Source: a virus (taxonomy: Duplodnaviria > Caudoviricetes). From it: 29,583 nt of DNA. Numbering within the stretch: position 1 is the stretch's first letter; each line of letters opens with the position of its first letter. The position numbers were made by a program, and so were the translations under genes. Under the pieces are notes generated by a model that worked only from the letters and a program-made list of their open reading frames with translations, did not search any database and was not told the DNA's origin. Where the stretch lies: positions 1-29,583 of IMG/VR virus record IMGVR_UViG_3300017716_002909, one strand, 5' to 3'. This document shows, one piece after another, positions 26,610 to 29,583 of this stretch.

Positions 26610-27277
26610 TTGTCAAAGTAATTAACTCTAAGCTGGCAAATGATTTTGTCAGACAAAACCACTATTCAAAGAAGGTTGTTCCAAACTCAACGCTTCACTT
26701 TGGTTGCTTTTTAGACAACCGCCTTCATGGTGTTATGAGCTTTGGTTCTCCAATGATAAAAGAGAAAGCGCTTCCTTTAGTTGAAGGCACAGGCTGGAAC
26801 GAGATGTTAGAACTCAATCGCATGGCTTTTGATTCCTACCTGCCAAAGAACAGCGAATCAAGGTGTATATCAATTGCCTTCAGGCTAATAAAGAAAAACG
26901 CACCGCAGGTGAAGTGGGTGCTTTCTTATTCTGACGGCACTCAATCAGGGGACGGCACTATCTATAGAGCATCGGGCTTTTATTTGACAGCCATAAAGCA
27001 GAACAAAGGAATTATCATGTTGCCCAATGGTGAAATAAGAGCGCACATGACATTCACGAAGGGCAAAGCCATACTTTCAAACAACGGCAAGGCTTCGCAC
27101 CCTGAAGGCTCAAAGTATCTTGAAGGATTCCAGCTGAGATATATTTATTTAATTGATAAGTCTTGCAAGCTGACAGTTCCTGTTCTTTCCTTTGATGAAA
27201 TAGACAAAGCAGGTGCTGGAATGCTTAGAGGCAAACGACAAACTTTAGAAAGCAGAAAGGTCAAAAAAAATGAGTAG
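26588..27277 (+). CDS. mom: Mom-like (GNAT-fold) DNA adenine modification enzyme, copy 1
   Basis: 'NHYS', 'ELNRMAF', 'SESRCI', 'LSYSDGTQSGDGTIYRASGF' match the Mom-family pattern as I recall it. Confidence 0.75.
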   Translation: MGRAKEIVVKVINSKLANDFVRQNHYSKKVVPNSTLHFGCFLDNRLHGVMSFGSPMIKEKALPLVEGTGWNEMLELNRMAFDSYLPKNSESRCISIAFRLIKKNAPQVKWVLSYSDGTQSGDGTIYRASGFYLTAIKQNKGIIMLPNGEIRAHMTFTKGKAILSNNGKASHPEGSKYLEGFQLRYIYLIDKSCKLTVPVLSFDEIDKAGAGMLRGKRQTLESRKVKKNE

Positions 27278-27932
27278 AGTTAAGGAAATTATCGTTAAGG
27301 TCATTGATGCAAAGACTGCAAATGAATTTTGCAAGATATATCACTATTCAGGAAGCTTCGTGATGAATTCTGTTTTGCATTTTGGATGCTTCCTAGACGG
27401 TAAGCTGCATGGAATTTTACAATATGGCAACAGCATTGATAAAAGAAATTGCATCGTCTTTGTGGACACAGGCATGACTATCAATGAAGGTTGGAACAGC
27501 TTTTTAGAATTGAACAGAATGGCTTTTGATGACTATCTTCCTAAATATAGCGAGAGCCGTTGCATAGCAATTACTATCAAGCTTATCAGGAAACATGCAC
27601 CGCAAATAAAATGGATATTAAGCTATGCAGACGGAACGCAGTGCGGTGACGGAACAATTTACCGAGCTTCAGGCTTCCAGCTTTGTGGGATCAACAAAAA
27701 CTCAACTATCTACGAACTGCCAAATGGAAAGTCTAAAGCGAAGCATGGAACAAGCAAGGTGGACTTCACAGGAGCGAAGCGCAAAGAAGGAAACCAATTC
27801 AGGTATATTTATCTGGTTGACAAGGCTTGTAAAATAACTTTGGACATAATTCCCTTCAGCAAGATAGATGAGCTAAATGCAGGCATGTATAAAGGGCAAA
27901 GAATAAAAGTATCGGAAAGAAGCAAGCAGTGA
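27270..27932 (+). CDS. mom: Mom-like DNA adenine modification enzyme, copy 2
   Basis: Full-length paralogue of copy 1: 'YHYS', 'ELNRMAFDDYLPKYSESRCI', 'SYADGTQCGDGTIYRASGF'. Confidence 0.75.
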   Translation: MSRVKEIIVKVIDAKTANEFCKIYHYSGSFVMNSVLHFGCFLDGKLHGILQYGNSIDKRNCIVFVDTGMTINEGWNSFLELNRMAFDDYLPKYSESRCIAITIKLIRKHAPQIKWILSYADGTQCGDGTIYRASGFQLCGINKNSTIYELPNGKSKAKHGTSKVDFTGAKRKEGNQFRYIYLVDKACKITLDIIPFSKIDELNAGMYKGQRIKVSERSKQ

Positions 27933-27937
27933 AAAAA

Positions 27938-28011
27938 TGGAGCAGTGGGATAGTTTCGAACTTCGTCTCTTGGCTGGAATGCCAAGCGCTTTCAGGTTAA
28001 GCTACCACCGC
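27938..28011 (-). tRNA. Atypical tRNA-Gly-like RNA (UCC within an 8-nt anticodon loop), encoded CCA
   Basis: GCGGTGG TA GCTT AACCTGA AAGC G CTTGG CATTCCAG CCAAG AGAC GAAG TTCGAAA CTATC CCACTGC T CCA: cloverleaf with 7-bp acceptor stem, TTCGA loop and U73. Confidence 0.8.
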
Positions 28012-28066
28012 ATAAAAAAAAGAACTGCGCTTTTGTGTCAACAAAGCAACAATAAAAAAATGAACT

Positions 28067-28471
28067 ATGCAAGCCAAAAGTAAAAAAGCTATTCAACTGA
28101 CTGATAAAAAAGCTGTTAGCCCTGATAAGATTCAGACAAATACAGACATCAGAAAAGAACAAATGATTGCAGCATTGGAACAATCGCTTGGAATAGTAAC
28201 CACAGCTTGCAAAGCAGTTGGAGTGGCAAGGGCAACGCACTATGAATGGTTAGACAGCGACCCCGAATATAAAAAGCGAGCTGAAGCTTTGGGTGATATA
28301 GCGCTGGACTTTGCAGAGAGTAAGCTGTTGAGCCAAATAACAAAAGGGGACACGACAGCGATTATTTTCTACTTGAAAACCAAAGGAAAGAAGCGTGGCT
28401 ATATAGAAAGAAGCGACATCAATATTCAAATTGAGCAGCCAATATTTACAGGCATAGATTTGAAAGATTAA
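28067..28471 (+). CDS. terS: Terminase small subunit
   Basis: 'ALEQSLGIVTTACK.VGV.R.T.Y.W', 'LDFAESKL', 'AIIFYLKTKGKKRGY.E'. Confidence 0.8.
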   Translation: MQAKSKKAIQLTDKKAVSPDKIQTNTDIRKEQMIAALEQSLGIVTTACKAVGVARATHYEWLDSDPEYKKRAEALGDIALDFAESKLLSQITKGDTTAIIFYLKTKGKKRGYIERSDINIQIEQPIFTGIDLKD

Positions 28472-28580
28472 AAAAGTGGTTGTTTGTTCGGTGATCAATT
28501 CGCATTTTGCTCAATAAAAATAAGGTATTATGTAAAGCTAGGTAGCTCAATAAAATGTTTAATGAATATCAGTTAATTAT

Positions 28581-28775
28581 ATGGAAAGCAATAATAAAAA
28601 GGGTTGGAGTATTGATATAACTTCTAAGAATGTCACGCACTATTATGAGAATGGGTTATCTTTATGCAAAAGGAAAGAAGCTCAACCCTTCATGAATAGG
28701 TTTCATGATGAAAAAGATTATACGCAGGTTTTAGGAAGTGTCTGCACGATATGCTATAAAAAGTTAAACAAATGA
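28581..28775 (+). CDS. Hypothetical small zinc-finger-like protein
   Basis: 64 aa with H...LC and CTIC. Confidence 0.55.
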   Translation: MESNNKKGWSIDITSKNVTHYYENGLSLCKRKEAQPFMNRFHDEKDYTQVLGSVCTICYKKLNK

Positions 28776-28966
28776 AAGAAATAATTGACTTAATTGAATT
28801 AAAGCGAAAGGCTGCCAAAATTGGCACAGCTGAACTTGCTGCTATCGCTGGAATAAGCCGAGCGACTTATTGGCGCTTTCTGAATGATAAAGGGGACATT
28901 AATTTGTCAAGCTTAAAAAAGATATTCGACAAGCTGGAAATAAAAATACTTTGCTATTCATTGTAA
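28772..28966 (+). CDS. XRE-family HTH protein
   Basis: 'ELAAIAGISRATYWRFLNDKGDINLSSLKKI'. Confidence 0.8.
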   Translation: MKEIIDLIELKRKAAKIGTAELAAIAGISRATYWRFLNDKGDINLSSLKKIFDKLEIKILCYSL

Positions 28967-29583
28967 ATGCTTCAGAAGACCACAGCTCAAAAAAAGATAG
29001 CAGCGCTAAAGGGCAGGTATAGAATTGTGCAAGGTGGGACAAGTAGTTCCAAAACCTTTTCAATAATTCCTTTGCTTATCAACCATGCTATCCAGCATCC
29101 AATGACTGAAATCAGTGTTGTTGCTGAAAGCTTGCCACATTTAAAAAGGGGTGCAATGCGTGACTTTTTGAAAATAATGGAGTGGTGCGGAATATTCAAC
29201 GACAATAATTTCAACAGGTCAGGCTTAAAATATACTTTCAACAACGGTTCATTTATAGAATTCTTCTCAGCCGATGCTCCTGAAAAAATGAAGGGTGCAC
29301 GAAGGCATGTGCTGTTCGTTAATGAAGCCAATAATATCAAACATGAAACATTCATCCAGCTTGCTATTAGAACAAGCGATTTCATATTTGCTGACTATAA
29401 CCCTTCAGAAGATTTCTACTTAACGACTGAATATATTAACGACCCCGATGCAAGCCATGTGGTGCTTACTTATTTGGACAACGAAGCCCTTGACGAAAGC
29501 ATTGTAAAGGAATTAGAGAAGGCAAGGGATAAAGCAGCAACGTCAGAATATTGGGCAAATTGGTGGCGTGTTTATGGGCTTGG
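28967..29583 (+). CDS. terL: Terminase large subunit, PBSX-like (5' part; not in the ORF track)
   Basis: MLQKTTAQKKIAALKGRYRIVQGGTSSSKT (Walker A), 'KGARRHVLFVNEAN' (Walker B), 'DYNP', 'TYLDNEAL'; open to the window end. Confidence 0.92.
   Translation, partial: MLQKTTAQKKIAALKGRYRIVQGGTSSSKTFSIIPLLINHAIQHPMTEISVVAESLPHLKRGAMRDFLKIMEWCGIFNDNNFNRSGLKYTFNNGSFIEFFSADAPEKMKGARRHVLFVNEANNIKHETFIQLAIRTSDFIFADYNPSEDFYLTTEYINDPDASHVVLTYLDNEALDESIVKELEKARDKAATSEYWANWWRVYGL

Noticed and set aside
27263-27277. Programmed frameshift fusing the two mom copies at the A8 run
   Set aside because: Copy 2 has its own ATG and a homologous N-terminus; translational coupling is sufficient.
28987-29385. Minus-strand 132 aa ORF
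   Set aside because: Shadow of the terminase large subunit.
1-29583. CRISPR array, integrase/att site, reverse transcriptase or DGR, stop-codon recoding
   Set aside because: No repeat-spacer series or matching ORFs seen; genes tile densely under the standard code with all three stop codons in use.

Overview
About 29.6 kb of an AT-rich tailed dsDNA phage, probably a siphovirus, that most likely infects a Bacteroidota host (TAnnTTTG-type promoters, A-rich start contexts without Shine-Dalgarno sequences). Gene order: tail genes, tape measure, a small reverse-strand three-gene operon led by a ribbon-helix-helix protein, Clp-type protease/scaffold, major capsid, two paralogous tail-tube-like genes, portal, adaptor, lysis module (holin, M15 peptidase, spanin-like pair), recombination genes (RecT, YqaJ-like exonuclease, HU), replication initiator with an internal origin-like region, TOPRIM protein, NinG, a DNA-modification module, then terminase small and large subunits (the large one runs off the end). 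The standout is the module at 26013-28011: a ParB-like gene and two tandem Mom-like (GNAT-fold adenine-modifying) paralogues, followed 5 nt later by an antisense, structurally aberrant tRNA-Gly-like RNA. The RNA keeps glycine identity elements but has an 8-nt anticodon loop, a bulged T-stem and no D-loop GG. I infer it may be a dedicated non-ribosomal aminoacyl donor for DNA hypermodification. Also notable: a 13-bp operator-like motif at identical spacing before two late promoters, an attenuator-like structure before the initiator, and a short antisense RNA candidate. All calls come from reading the sequence; no searches were run.
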